Assembly (NCBI GenBank): GCA_964291625.2
Contig: OZ220089.1
Span: 3,680,001 to 3,744,000 of the forward strand
Direction: 5' to 3'
From: Candidatus Latescibacterota bacterium
GTDB lineage: Bacteria > Latescibacterota > UBA2968 > UBA8231
Length of the DNA: 64,000 bases
Shown here piece after piece: positions 18,850-28,494 of the stretch. The first letter of the stretch is position 1; each line of letters opens with the position of its first letter. The translations under genes were made by a program, and so were the position numbers. The notes under the pieces were generated by a model. That model was not told the origin of the DNA, ran no database searches, and saw nothing but the letters and a program-made list of their open reading frames with translations.

Positions 18850-19809
18850 TCAGGTCCTGGATGCGGTCCGCCACCGCCAGCCCGCCTCCTTCTTCCCCGG
18901 AGGAAGGGCCACGTTGCTGGACCCCATGAACTGGATGGTCGTGCGCCGCTGCCGCTCGCTGCGCCAGGCGGTGGTCCCGTGCGCTACGCCGCCGAAGAAC
19001 AGGACATCGCCGGCCTTCAAGGGCGGTGGTCCTCGGGCAGGTCGTCCTGCATCTCCAGGGCGAAGTCGACGGCGCGGTTCGCCGCCGCCAGCCACTCCTC
19101 GTCCATGACGCCCCGCAGGACGAGGTAACCGCGCACGTCCCAGAACCACAACTCATCCGGGTCGGGCTGGCTGTTCTCGTCCAGATGGAAGGCCAAGGAC
19201 GGCGGCCGCTCTTCCACTGTCGCCACCCAGGTCCGTTCCCCGTCGGAGATGACCGTGCCCCCCCGTCCGGTGGCCCTCGTCCCGACAACCGCCCGCTGCT
19301 CCGGGGTCAGCTCCGTCACCCATTCCGGAGCTTCGATCTCGGGATAGCCGGCCGTCGGCCGCGCCCGCGAGTTGACGTACACGATCTCGATCACCCGTCC
19401 CGGCCGGCCGCGGACACCGTAGAGCGTGTTGGCGGCGCAGATGAGAGCATCCCCGGCTTCGAGCACGGGCTCCTCGGTCATGCCCAGGTCATCGGCGCCG
19501 GCGAGGAAAGCGGCCGGCGGCTCCGTCGCCCGGTTGTGGCTGCCCGGGACCAGCACGATACCCCCGTCTTGGGGCGTGGGCGCAAGAGCGAGGAACACCC
19601 TCACTCCCTTGCACTCCCGGGTATCGCCGTTGTTTGCATACCGCAGCCGCCTGCGGTCTTCCGGTGGACCCGCCGACAGGGGCACCGCGCCCTGCCCTCC
19701 GTCCGGGACCGGGGCCGGCGGCTGATCGATGACGAAGCCAGGCGGAGAGCGCCCCTGGCAGGTGGATGAAGCCGGCGATATCGAATCCGTAGTCCTGGTC
19801 TGCGTTCAC
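18850..19809 (-). pseudogene. Degraded two-domain PhyH-like dioxygenase
   Basis: Three frames: VNADQDYGFDIAGFIHLPGALSA | GFVIDQPP...GGIVLVPGSHN...WFWDVRGYLVLRGVM...DHRP | LKAGDVLFFGGVAHGTTAWRSERQRRT. Frameshifting deletions near 19740 and 19025. Confidence 0.75.
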
Positions 19810-19927
19810 CTGTTTCTCTCCTTCGCGGTCGTGCGTAAGCAAGGCGGCCGCCAGGGAGCTGTAAAACTCGATGACGCGCACGATGGTGCCGATTGCCCGA
19901 GACCCCGGGCCGGGATAACCTTCGCGC

Positions 19928-21139
19928 ATGACCAGCTCCGAAACCATCACCATCGTCGGCGGCGGCATCTGGGGCCTGAGCACCGCCTTCCACCTGGCCG
20001 AGCGCGGCGCGGGACCCGTGCGCGTCCTCGAGCGCAACGCGGAGGTCGCGGCGGAGACGACCCCCCGCGCCGCGGGACTGGTAGGCCAGGTGCGCAGCTC
20101 GGCGGCCATGTGCCGGGCGGTCCGCTACGCCCTCGACCTGCTCTCCGGGTTCGGCGAGCGGTCCGGGCACGACCCGGGCCTGCGGCGGCCGGGGAGTCTC
20201 CTCGCGGCCCTGACCCCGGAGCGGATGGCCGCCTACGAGGGCCTGATCGAGCGCGCCCGGGCCAGCGGGGTCGAGGCCGCCTTCCTCTCCCATGACGAGA
20301 TGGAGCGGCTCTGCCCGGGCCTGGACGTCGCCCGCCTCGAGGGCGGCTGCTACGTCACCGGCGACGGCTACGTCGACCCCGGCCGCTGCGCCCGCGCCTA
20401 TGCCGCCGCCGCCCGCGACCTGGGAGTCCGCATCGACTGCTCCGCCGAGGTGACGGGTCTCGATGTCGAGGGGGGCGCCGTGCGCGGCGTGCGCACCGCG
20501 GGCGAGACCATCGCCGCCGACCGGGTGGTCCTCACCGCCGGCCCCTGGAGCAGCCGCCTGCTGCGCCGCTTCGGCGTCGAGGAGTTGCCCCTGCAGACGA
20601 TCCGCCACCAGCGGGCCCGCACCGCCGCCGCCGGGATCTCCGCCGACCACCCCGTGGTCCGCGTCACCGAGGTGAGCTGCTACGTCCGCCCGGAGCGCGG
20701 CGGCTACCTCTACGGCTTCTTCGAGCCGGACCCGCACCTCGTCGATCTGGACGAGGGCTTCCGCACCTCGGACCTGGCCGAGCCGCGCGGTACCATCGCC
20801 GAGGCCGCGGACCGGCTGGCCCCACTCTTCCCGTCCCTGCCCGGGCTGGAGGTGGCCGAGTACTCCCAGGGGGTCACCTCCTTCGCGCCCGACGGCGGCT
20901 ACCTGCTCGGGCCGGTGCCGGCGGTGGAGGGGCTCTACGTGGCCTCGGCCTGCGCCGCCCTCGGCATCGCCGGGTCCGCCGCCGTGGGCCGCTGGCTCGC
21001 GGCCTGGGTGATCGACGGGGATCCGGGGGAGGACCTGGCGGAGTTCGGTCTCGGGCGTTTCGGCGAGCACGGCCGCGACCCCGAGTGGGTGCGCCGCGAG
21101 AGCCGCGGCTTCTACGCCACCTACTACAATGTCCGCTGA
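19928..21139 (+). CDS. FAD-dependent oxidoreductase (DAO / sarcosine-dimethylglycine oxidase family)
   Basis: IVGGGIWG, ETTPRAAG, DGYVDP, SFAPDG..LLGP. Confidence 0.85.
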   Translation: MTSSETITIVGGGIWGLSTAFHLAERGAGPVRVLERNAEVAAETTPRAAGLVGQVRSSAAMCRAVRYALDLLSGFGERSGHDPGLRRPGSLLAALTPERMAAYEGLIERARASGVEAAFLSHDEMERLCPGLDVARLEGGCYVTGDGYVDPGRCARAYAAAARDLGVRIDCSAEVTGLDVEGGAVRGVRTAGETIAADRVVLTAGPWSSRLLRRFGVEELPLQTIRHQRARTAAAGISADHPVVRVTEVSCYVRPERGGYLYGFFEPDPHLVDLDEGFRTSDLAEPRGTIAEAADRLAPLFPSLPGLEVAEYSQGVTSFAPDGGYLLGPVPAVEGLYVASACAALGIAGSAAVGRWLAAWVIDGDPGEDLAEFGLGRFGEHGRDPEWVRRESRGFYATYYNVR

Positions 21140-21153
21140 CAGGAGGTGACGCG

Positions 21154-21870
21154 ATGGCAGACCTGAGCGGCCGGGTGGCCGTGGTCGTGGGCAGCAGCTC
21201 GGGGATGGGGCAGGCGGCGGCGCGGGTCTATGCGGAAGCAGGGGCGAAGCTGGTGCTGGCGGCGCGCAGCGAGGGAGCACTGGAGGCGCTGGCCGCCGAG
21301 ATCGGCGACGGCGCCCTGGCCTGTCCCACCGACGTGACCGATCCGGCCCGGGTGGAGAACCTCGTCGGCACCGCCCTCGACGCCTTCGGCCGCATCGACG
21401 TGCTCCTCTACGCCACGGGGACCAACATTCCGGAGCGCAGCCTCCAGGTGCTCTCCCGCGAGACCTGGAACGACATGATCGCCACCAACCTGACCGGCGC
21501 CTTCCACTGCACGAAGGCGGTGCTGCCGGCCATGCGGGCCCAGGGCTCGGGCCTGATCATCTACCTCTCCTCCGGCTGCGTGCAGAAGCCCGACGTCTCG
21601 GGCGTCGCCTACCAGGCCACCAAGTGCGGGATCTCCGGCCTGGCCCACGGGACCTTCGAGGAGGAGCGCGAGAACGGGATCCGCACCACCGTGATCTTCC
21701 CCGGCCTGTGCGACACCCCCCTGGTCCTGCGGCGGCCGACGCCGACACCGCCCGAGGTGATGGCGAAAGCCCTGCAGCCCGAGGACGTGGCCGACGCCTG
21801 CCTGTACGTGGCCGCCACGCCCGGCCGGGCGCGGGTGCCCGAGCTGGTGCTCCTGCCCGCGGGACTGTAG
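21154..21870 (+). CDS. Short-chain dehydrogenase/reductase
   Basis: AGGAGG RBS, GSSSGMG, YQATK catalytic motif. Confidence 0.9.
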   Translation: MADLSGRVAVVVGSSSGMGQAAARVYAEAGAKLVLAARSEGALEALAAEIGDGALACPTDVTDPARVENLVGTALDAFGRIDVLLYATGTNIPERSLQVLSRETWNDMIATNLTGAFHCTKAVLPAMRAQGSGLIIYLSSGCVQKPDVSGVAYQATKCGISGLAHGTFEEERENGIRTTVIFPGLCDTPLVLRRPTPTPPEVMAKALQPEDVADACLYVAATPGRARVPELVLLPAGL

Positions 21871-21883
21871 CTCCCCGGGCCTC

Positions 21884-22912
21884 TCAGGGGTCCCCGGGCG
21901 TCACCTTCTCCAGATAATCCACCAGGCGCCGGCGCGCCGGGCTGTCCCCGTGGATCTCGAGCCCCACTTGCGCCCAGGTCAGGGGGGTGGTCCCGTGCTC
22001 GTCGTCCACCGCCGCCGGGTCGGCCCCGGACTCCACGAGGAGTCGCGCCAGGCCGGCCGTGGCGCACAGGTGCAGCGGCGTCTGGCCCATGTCGGCGCGG
22101 GCGTTGGCGTCGGCGCCGCGCCGGATGAGGACCGCCGCCAGGGCGCCGTGTCCGCCGTGGACGGCGGCGTGCAGGGGCGTCCCCACAACCCGGTTGACAC
22201 CGATCCGGCCGCGGAAGGCGAGGGCCGCGGGATCGGCGTCGACGCGGCGCAGCAGGCGCTCGGTCCAGCCGAGGGCGGCCAGGTGGCAGGGGTCGGGGCA
22301 GGCGCCGCGCTCGACCAGCAGGGCGGCCACCGACCGGCCCCGGGGACCGCGGCCGAGGGCGGCGTCCAGGGGCGTGGCGCCCCGGGGATCGACGCTCTCC
22401 GGGGAGGCGTCGCCCTTCAGAAGGAGCCCGGCCACGGCGGGGGTGGCCGCATGGTGCAGGGGCGGCGCCTCGTCCAGGGCGGGCGCCGAGGCCAGGGCGG
22501 GGTCCTCCTCCAGGAGCCGCGCCACGGCGGCGGCATCGCCGAGCAGGGCGGCGGAGGCGATGTCGAGGCGGGCGCCGCGCGCCAGCAGCAACTCCGCCAC
22601 TTGGTGGTGGCCCCAGTGGGCGGCCAGCTGCAGGGGGCTCCAGCCGTAGCCCCCGAGGCCGCCCTCGACGTCGGCGCCGCGATCCAGCAGCAGCCGGGCG
22701 ATCTTCGGCCGCCCGCGCTCCGCGGCGAGTTGCAGGGGGGAGGGGCGGCCCCCCCACCGGGGGTGGGGCCCCGGCTCGTCGACGGCTCCCTCATCCAGGT
22801 CGAGGGCCGCGGCCACGGCGGCCGGGTCGCCGCGCCAGACGGCTTCGCCCAGCCGGCGGCCGGCGGTCCTGCGCCGCTGGCCGGAGTCACGGGGAGGCTC
22901 GGAAGGAGGCAT
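21884..22912 (-). CDS. Ankyrin repeat protein
   Basis: SPLQLAA, PPLHHAA, TPLDAA, TPLHAA, GQTPLH, TTPLTWA repeats. Confidence 0.88.
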   Translation of the reverse strand: MPPSEPPRDSGQRRRTAGRRLGEAVWRGDPAAVAAALDLDEGAVDEPGPHPRWGGRPSPLQLAAERGRPKIARLLLDRGADVEGGLGGYGWSPLQLAAHWGHHQVAELLLARGARLDIASAALLGDAAAVARLLEEDPALASAPALDEAPPLHHAATPAVAGLLLKGDASPESVDPRGATPLDAALGRGPRGRSVAALLVERGACPDPCHLAALGWTERLLRRVDADPAALAFRGRIGVNRVVGTPLHAAVHGGHGALAAVLIRRGADANARADMGQTPLHLCATAGLARLLVESGADPAAVDDEHGTTPLTWAQVGLEIHGDSPARRRLVDYLEKVTPGDP

Positions 22913-23028
22913 GAGAATCTCGACGGGGACACCGGGAGCATCGCTTCGGGGGCCGCAATCTACCGGCGCGCCTCGAACAGCGGCAAAACCGCCTTGCCGT
23001 GATCTCTCCCTTCGGCGACTATCGAGCC

Positions 23029-23559
23029 ATGGCCCGCCCGGCTCAACCGCTCTGGCGCAACCTCGCCTGGCCCTTGCTCGACACCAGCGTGCACCCCCTG
23101 CGCTACGTCCTGCGCGCCTGGCCCCTGGCCATGGTGCCGACCCTTGCCATCGCCCTGGTCCTGTCGACCCTGTTCCAGTTGTTCGGCCTCGACCTCTTCC
23201 TCGGAGAGGACCCCATGGCGCCCCTGAAGTCGACGCCGAAGTGGGTGTTCCTGCTGACGGTCGTCCTCTTCGCCCCTCTCTCCGAGACCCTGCTCATGGC
23301 GCCGATGCTGGCCGTGCTCATGCGCCTGTGGGGCGGGCGCCGGCTTCCCGCCGCCCTGTCCTCGGCGGCGGTGTGGGCCTTCCTGCACTCCCTCAGCGCC
23401 CTGCTCTGGGGAGTGTGCATCTTCTGGACCTTCCTGGTGTTCTCCATCGCCTGGCTGGCCTGGAGGCCCCGCTCCTTCGGCCACGCCTTCTTCGTCACCG
23501 CCGGGATCCACGCCCTCCAGAACGGCGCCGCAGGCGTGTGGGTGATGCTGGCCTTGTAG
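23029..23559 (+). CDS. CPBP/CAAX family intramembrane protease-like protein
   Basis: Multiple TM segments, APLSETL, WAFLH, GIHALQN. Confidence 0.75.
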   Translation: MARPAQPLWRNLAWPLLDTSVHPLRYVLRAWPLAMVPTLAIALVLSTLFQLFGLDLFLGEDPMAPLKSTPKWVFLLTVVLFAPLSETLLMAPMLAVLMRLWGGRRLPAALSSAAVWAFLHSLSALLWGVCIFWTFLVFSIAWLAWRPRSFGHAFFVTAGIHALQNGAAGVWVMLAL

Positions 23560-23650
23560 GCAGGGCGCGGATGGCCCCTTTGTGTCCCTCCGCGGATTTG
23601 ACTACACTCAAGCCGACCGGACGAAACTGGAGCATCCTCCGGACACCATG

Positions 23651-23691
23651 AAGGGCAGCCCGTGCACGAGGATGGGCTGCCCTTTCTTTTT
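23651..23691 (+). terminator. Intrinsic terminator upstream of the TonB receptor gene
   Basis: AAGGGCAGCCCGT-loop-ATGGGCTGCCCTT followed by TCTTTTT. Confidence 0.75.
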
Positions 23692-23763
23692 CGGCTCCGG
23701 AGGGCCCCCGGCCAACGCTGGCCCGGGGCGACTGCTTCAGCCCTCGAGAGGGGAGTCAACCCT

Positions 23764-26700
23764 ATGTGCATCAAGAAGAATTCGAGCATTGCCATGTTGG
23801 CGGCCGCAGTCCTGCTGTGGGGGGGACCAGCCGGCGCCCAGGGGACCGGCGGCCTCTCGGTCACCGTCGTCGACGCCGGCGGAGAGGCTTTGCCCTCGGC
23901 CCTGGTCTTCATCGAGGCCATCGATGTCGGCGGGTTCTCCGACGAGGAAGGTTGGTTGACCCTTGACAAGGTGCCCGCCGGCGAGCACCTCGTCGCCGTC
24001 GAGCTGATCGGCTATGAAAGCACCACCACCACCGTGATGGTTGTCGCCGGAGAGACCGCGACGGTCGAAGTGGAGCTGGCCGCCAGCGCGGTCCAGTTGG
24101 AGGAAGTGGTGGTGACCGGCACCGCCATCAAGGACTCCCACATCAGCTCGACCTACGCCGTCGCCGTGACCGGCCGGGAGGAGATGGCCGAGCAGGGATC
24201 GCCGCAGGCGGTCGACTTCTTCAAGAACCTGAGCGCCAGCCACGGCGTGATCGGCGAGCGCAGCAGCTGGTACAACGCCAACCAGGCCGCCACCCTCTCC
24301 GAGAGCATCGCCAACGTCAACCTGCGCGGCCTCGGGGCCTCGCGGACCCTGGTGCTGATCAACAGCCGCCGCCAGACCTACGTGCCGGCGCGTCTCATCG
24401 GCGGCCGCTTCGTCGACGTGAACGCCATCCCCTCCATCGCCCTCGACCGCGTCGAAGTGCTCAAGGAGGGGGCCGCCGCCATCTACGGGTCGGACGCGGT
24501 GGCCGGGGTCGCCAACTTCCTGACACGCTCCGACTTCACGGGTCTGGAAGTCTCGGCCTCGCACGAGTACCTGGCCGGCGCGGGCGACTCCGACGTGGGC
24601 GCCATCTGGGGCGGGCAGCTCGGCGGCGCCCATGCGGTCGTCGCCGCGGAGTGGCGGGGACGCAGCGAGCTGCCGTCCACCGAGAGGGACTATCTGCTGC
24701 AGCCGTGGCACGGCGGCGGCCAGCGCCTCGGATGGTCGAGCCTGGGGAACCCGGGCACCTTCGCCGTCGGCGCCCCGGCCCCCTGGACGGCCGCCATCCA
24801 CGCCCCCGACTGCGAGCAGTTCGGCGGCTTCCGGGAGTCCTGGACCTGCCGCTTCCGCTACCAGCAATACGAGAACCTGATCGAGGAGATGAGTCATCTC
24901 CGTCTGTTCTCGGAGATAAACGGTTCGCTGGCCGACGGCACGGAGTATCACTTCGAGGGCCTGCTGGCCCGGGCCGACATCCCCAACTGGTACACCACCC
25001 CTTCGTACCCTCCCTTCCCGCTGACGGACACGAGCATCATGGAGGTCGCCCCCGACCATCCGGGGCGGCAGGCCTTCTGCGAGGAGTACGGGGCGGCGGA
25101 CGGTGACCTGTACCACGCCGAGTGCCAGGCTGGCGAGAACTGGTATTTCAACGGCCGCCCCTTCGGCAACTCGGGTCCCGGACGCATCCTGGGCCGCGAC
25201 TCCAGCACGTTGCGCCTGGCGGCCTCGGCGAACCGCGACCTCTCCTTCGGTGGCCGCGAGACCCACTTCGACCTGGGCCTCTCCTGGTCCCGCACCGAGG
25301 GCAACTACAACCTGCCGGGCGTGTACATCGAGCGGCTCTTCCTCGGCTTCCGCGGTTTCGGGGGACCCGACTGCGGCGTCGGCGTGGAGGCGGACAACAC
25401 CTCCCTGGCGGGGATGCGGCTCGGTCCGCTCAACGGCCAGGTGGCCGGTCAGGGCGGCTGCCAGTACTACAACCCCTTCGGCAATGCCATCGAGTTCACG
25501 GACCAGCACGGCTCGAGCTATGCGGACCGGGCAAACCCGAACCCCCGTTACCGCGCCGACCTTGCCAACAGCCCCGAACTGCGGAATTGGCTGGCAGATA
25601 ACGAAGTCGATCTGCAGAGCACGGCGGACATGCTGGTTGCCGATGCCACGCTGACCGGAACCTGGATCGAGGACGTGGCCAGCTACGCGACGGGGTACCA
25701 GTTCCGCCTGCTCAATGCCAGCGGCGATCCCAACGACGCGGGCGACGTGACCATCAACCCCTGCCCGGTCGTGGGCGATACGAACTGCTCGGCCGAGGAC
25801 CGGTTCGGTCCCTATGCCTTCACCAACGTGAACAATCCCTATGACGTATCGCAGACTGTGCACCGTCTCTTTGCCGAGATCCCCCTGAGCCTGGGGTCGC
25901 GCTTCGACACCCAGCTCGCCGCCAACTACGAGTTCCACGACGTGGCGAGCAGCTTCGATCCCAAGCTCGGCTGGCGCTATCAGATCGCCGAGTCGTCGAC
26001 CCAATCGCTCTTTCTACGCGGCTCGGTGCAGACGACGTTCCGCACGCCGTCGCTGGACGACGTGAACACGAGCCCGCTGTCGACGCTCGAGTGGATCAAC
26101 GAGACGGGCGCCTATCAGACGGTGGACCGGATCGGCAGCAAGGACCTCAAACCCGAGCGGGCCTTCACCTACAATGCGGGCCTCGTCCTGGCCACGGAGG
26201 CCGGCCTCGATGTGACGTTCGACTACTGGAGCTACGACTTCAGCGATGTCATCGGCTCCATGCCGCACGGAGCGATCACCGCCCTGTATGATGAGAACAA
26301 CGAGGCCCTGAAGCAGTTCATCGTCTGCCCCGACGGGATCGGCACCGGCACCTGCGAGGCCTCGGCGCTCGAGCGGGTGCAGGTCGACATCGTCAACTGG
26401 CCGGGGGTGAAGACCTCGGGGATCGATTTGCATCTGGGCGGGCGCACTGATACCGGAGCCGCGGAATTCTCGTTCGGCTTGGACGCTACATACACGCTGG
26501 AGTACCGGGCGAAGGCCCTGATGCTCGGCAACTTGGTGCTGCAAGAGGAGGCAAACGCGGCCGGTTACCTGAATTTCGGCAATCCCATTGCCACCTCGCT
26601 GCCGAGATTGAAGGGCCGGGTTTCGACGGGATATGCTTGGAAAGCCTACCGCTTGGTTAGCTTCCTAAACTACATCTCGTCCTACGACGACCGGGGGTCG

Positions 26701-26937
26701 TGGATCTCTGGGACAGACAAAATCAGAGAGGAATTCGGTACTATCGATCCGTATACCACTTGGGACGTTAGCTTCCTGTGGAGCCTGCCCCGGGGCGCCA
26801 ACCTGGTGCTCTCCGGGATGAACCTGCTCGACAAACGGCCGCCCCTGGTCAATATCGAGCAGGCGTACGACGGCTTCACCCACGATCCCAAGGGCCGGCG
26901 GATCAAGCTGGCCGTCACCTGGGGACTGGGCGGCTGA
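23764..26937 (+). CDS. TonB-dependent receptor with N-terminal carboxypeptidase-regulatory-like domain
   Basis: GGGGAG RBS, signal peptide, LEEVVVTG TonB box, NLRGLGASRTLVLIN, RVEVLKEGAAAIYGSDAVAGVANF plug, LKPERA. Confidence 0.92.
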   Translation: MCIKKNSSIAMLAAAVLLWGGPAGAQGTGGLSVTVVDAGGEALPSALVFIEAIDVGGFSDEEGWLTLDKVPAGEHLVAVELIGYESTTTTVMVVAGETATVEVELAASAVQLEEVVVTGTAIKDSHISSTYAVAVTGREEMAEQGSPQAVDFFKNLSASHGVIGERSSWYNANQAATLSESIANVNLRGLGASRTLVLINSRRQTYVPARLIGGRFVDVNAIPSIALDRVEVLKEGAAAIYGSDAVAGVANFLTRSDFTGLEVSASHEYLAGAGDSDVGAIWGGQLGGAHAVVAAEWRGRSELPSTERDYLLQPWHGGGQRLGWSSLGNPGTFAVGAPAPWTAAIHAPDCEQFGGFRESWTCRFRYQQYENLIEEMSHLRLFSEINGSLADGTEYHFEGLLARADIPNWYTTPSYPPFPLTDTSIMEVAPDHPGRQAFCEEYGAADGDLYHAECQAGENWYFNGRPFGNSGPGRILGRDSSTLRLAASANRDLSFGGRETHFDLGLSWSRTEGNYNLPGVYIERLFLGFRGFGGPDCGVGVEADNTSLAGMRLGPLNGQVAGQGGCQYYNPFGNAIEFTDQHGSSYADRANPNPRYRADLANSPELRNWLADNEVDLQSTADMLVADATLTGTWIEDVASYATGYQFRLLNASGDPNDAGDVTINPCPVVGDTNCSAEDRFGPYAFTNVNNPYDVSQTVHRLFAEIPLSLGSRFDTQLAANYEFHDVASSFDPKLGWRYQIAESSTQSLFLRGSVQTTFRTPSLDDVNTSPLSTLEWINETGAYQTVDRIGSKDLKPERAFTYNAGLVLATEAGLDVTFDYWSYDFSDVIGSMPHGAITALYDENNEALKQFIVCPDGIGTGTCEASALERVQVDIVNWPGVKTSGIDLHLGGRTDTGAAEFSFGLDATYTLEYRAKALMLGNLVLQEEANAAGYLNFGNPIATSLPRLKGRVSTGYAWKAYRLVSFLNYISSYDDRGSWISGTDKIREEFGTIDPYTTWDVSFLWSLPRGANLVLSGMNLLDKRPPLVNIEQAYDGFTHDPKGRRIKLAVTWGLGG

Positions 26938-26941
26938 CGAC

Positions 26942-28066
26942 ATGAGGAGCGGAAAGGCCAGGGACGGCGGGGTCGTCCTCGCCGCCCTGGCCGCCGCTTC
27001 CATCTGTCATGCCCACCCTGCAGGGGAACTGGATCCCGAGCCCATGAACGTCGCGGTCGACGTCAAGCCGCTGCAGCCCCACAAGGGGACCACCCTCGCC
27101 TCCTGCGTCCATCCCCTGATGGCCGCCGCCGGCCGGCCCGAGTGGTCGATGGCGCGTCTCCAGGGCGTCCTGGGCCACGCCTTCCAGTTCGCCATGGAGG
27201 AAGGGGGCGGCATGGTCTTCCACGACAACCTCGACTGGAGCCTGGCCGTGGGCCTGTTGCCGGAGCTGGCCCGGTTCCGCGTGTACGAAGCCAACGACAA
27301 GAGCGTCGATGTCGATTGGCCGGCGCTGAAGGCCGAGGCCCGGGATGCCGCCGTGGCCAGCCTGGAGCGGGGGATCCCGGTGCTGGTGTGGCAGCCCATG
27401 AGCCTGGAGCAGAAGGAGAGCGATCACCCCGCGCATCACGCCTACTGCTGGGGGCTCATCGTCGGCTACGACCCCGAAGGCGAGACCTACACCATCCGCC
27501 ACCCCTTCGTCGAAGTCGACTACATGGTGCGCTACGACGCCCTCGGCCCCGGGGATCCCGGCGGGTGGTTCAACGTCACCGTCTACGAGGGTCCCGCCGA
27601 GGCGGCCGAGCGGGCGACCCACCTCATGGCCCTCCGAAACGCCATCGCCTTCGCCGAGGGGACGCGCTTCGAGCAGGCCGGCCGGCCCCAGACCCGGCCC
27701 CAGGGCCTGGCCGCCTACGAGACCTGGAGCGCCGCCTTCGATTCCGCGGACGTGGTCAAGCAGCCCACGCGCCATCACGCCAAGATCCTGACCTGGCGGC
27801 GGGAGCTCGCCGCCGGGTACATGCGCGAGCTGACGGACCTGCTGCCGGAAGGGGCGGAACCGCTGGCAGCGGCCGCCGCCGACTACGACCGGGAGCACAA
27901 GGCCCTGGTGGCCCTGTCCGCCCTCGTCGACTCCACCCACCAGCGGGGCGAGTACACCGGCGACGAGCTGGCCGAGGCCCGCCGGCTGATCGCCGAGGCC
28001 CTGGAGGCGGACCGGGCGGCCGTGGGCCGGATCGAGGCGGCGCTGGCGATCCTGGACGGGTCGTAG
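26942..28066 (+). CDS. Exported hypothetical protein, possibly BtrH_N/C39-like papain fold
   Basis: Signal peptide, LERGIPVLVW, WGLIVGYD, GLAAYETW. Starts 4 nt after the TonB receptor stop. Confidence 0.6.
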   Translation: MRSGKARDGGVVLAALAAASICHAHPAGELDPEPMNVAVDVKPLQPHKGTTLASCVHPLMAAAGRPEWSMARLQGVLGHAFQFAMEEGGGMVFHDNLDWSLAVGLLPELARFRVYEANDKSVDVDWPALKAEARDAAVASLERGIPVLVWQPMSLEQKESDHPAHHAYCWGLIVGYDPEGETYTIRHPFVEVDYMVRYDALGPGDPGGWFNVTVYEGPAEAAERATHLMALRNAIAFAEGTRFEQAGRPQTRPQGLAAYETWSAAFDSADVVKQPTRHHAKILTWRRELAAGYMRELTDLLPEGAEPLAAAAADYDREHKALVALSALVDSTHQRGEYTGDELAEARRLIAEALEADRAAVGRIEAALAILDGS

Positions 28067-28085
28067 CGGCGCCGGTCCCGCGCGC

Positions 28086-28205
28086 TCAGGCCAGGCTCTC
28101 GAGCACCTGTCCAAGCCGCCTGAAGGCCATGGCGGCGGCCCAGCCGTAGCTCAGGACCACGGCGGCGGGCAGCACCAGGTGCTGAAACAGTTCCGTCCGT
28201 CCCAT
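28086..28205 (-). CDS. Small hydrophobic peptide C (39 aa) MGRTELFQHLVLPAAVVLSYGWAAAMAFRRLGQVLESLA
   Basis: GAGGAGG RBS and a consensus sigma54 promoter about 35 nt upstream. Confidence 0.65.
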   Translation of the reverse strand: MGRTELFQHLVLPAAVVLSYGWAAAMAFRRLGQVLESLA

Positions 28206-28240
28206 CGGTTCCCTCCTCTTCTGCGAGATGTCCGGCTCCG

Positions 28241-28257
28241 TGCAAGGCCCGTGCCAG
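28241..28257 (-). promoter_or_regulatory. Sigma54 -24/-12 promoter (minus strand)
   Basis: Reverse complement CTGGCACGGGCCTTGCA, a perfect TGGCACG-N4-TTGCA. Confidence 0.8.
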
Positions 28258-28313
28258 TCTCTGGGGGGCACCGATCTCCAGCGGCGCCGGACGCGGTCCT
28301 CCAGGACCCCGGA

Positions 28314-28373
28314 GACTGCAGGCCTGCAGTCGTCCCTTGGGCCAGGCACGAGGTGTTCGACAGCGAACACCTC
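28314..28373. promoter_or_regulatory. Two palindromes, candidate enhancer (bEBP) binding sites
   Basis: GACTGCAGGCCTGCAGTC (28314-28331) and GAGGTGTTCG-ACAG-CGAACACCTC (28350-28373, contains TGT-N10-ACA). Confidence 0.55.
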
Positions 28374-28432
28374 TGTCTCGAAACAGGTCACCAGCGAGGT
28401 CCATCTCGAGCCTGCCACCCAGGGGAACCGGC

Positions 28433-28449
28433 CTGGCACGGTGGTTGCA
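28433..28449 (+). promoter_or_regulatory. Sigma54 -24/-12 promoter (plus strand)
   Basis: CTGGCACGGTGGTTGCA, a perfect TGGCACG-N4-TTGCA. Confidence 0.8.
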
Positions 28450-28494
28450 AGAGCGAGGGCGTCAACTCACGACCCTTCGCCCGAGGAGGACGAC

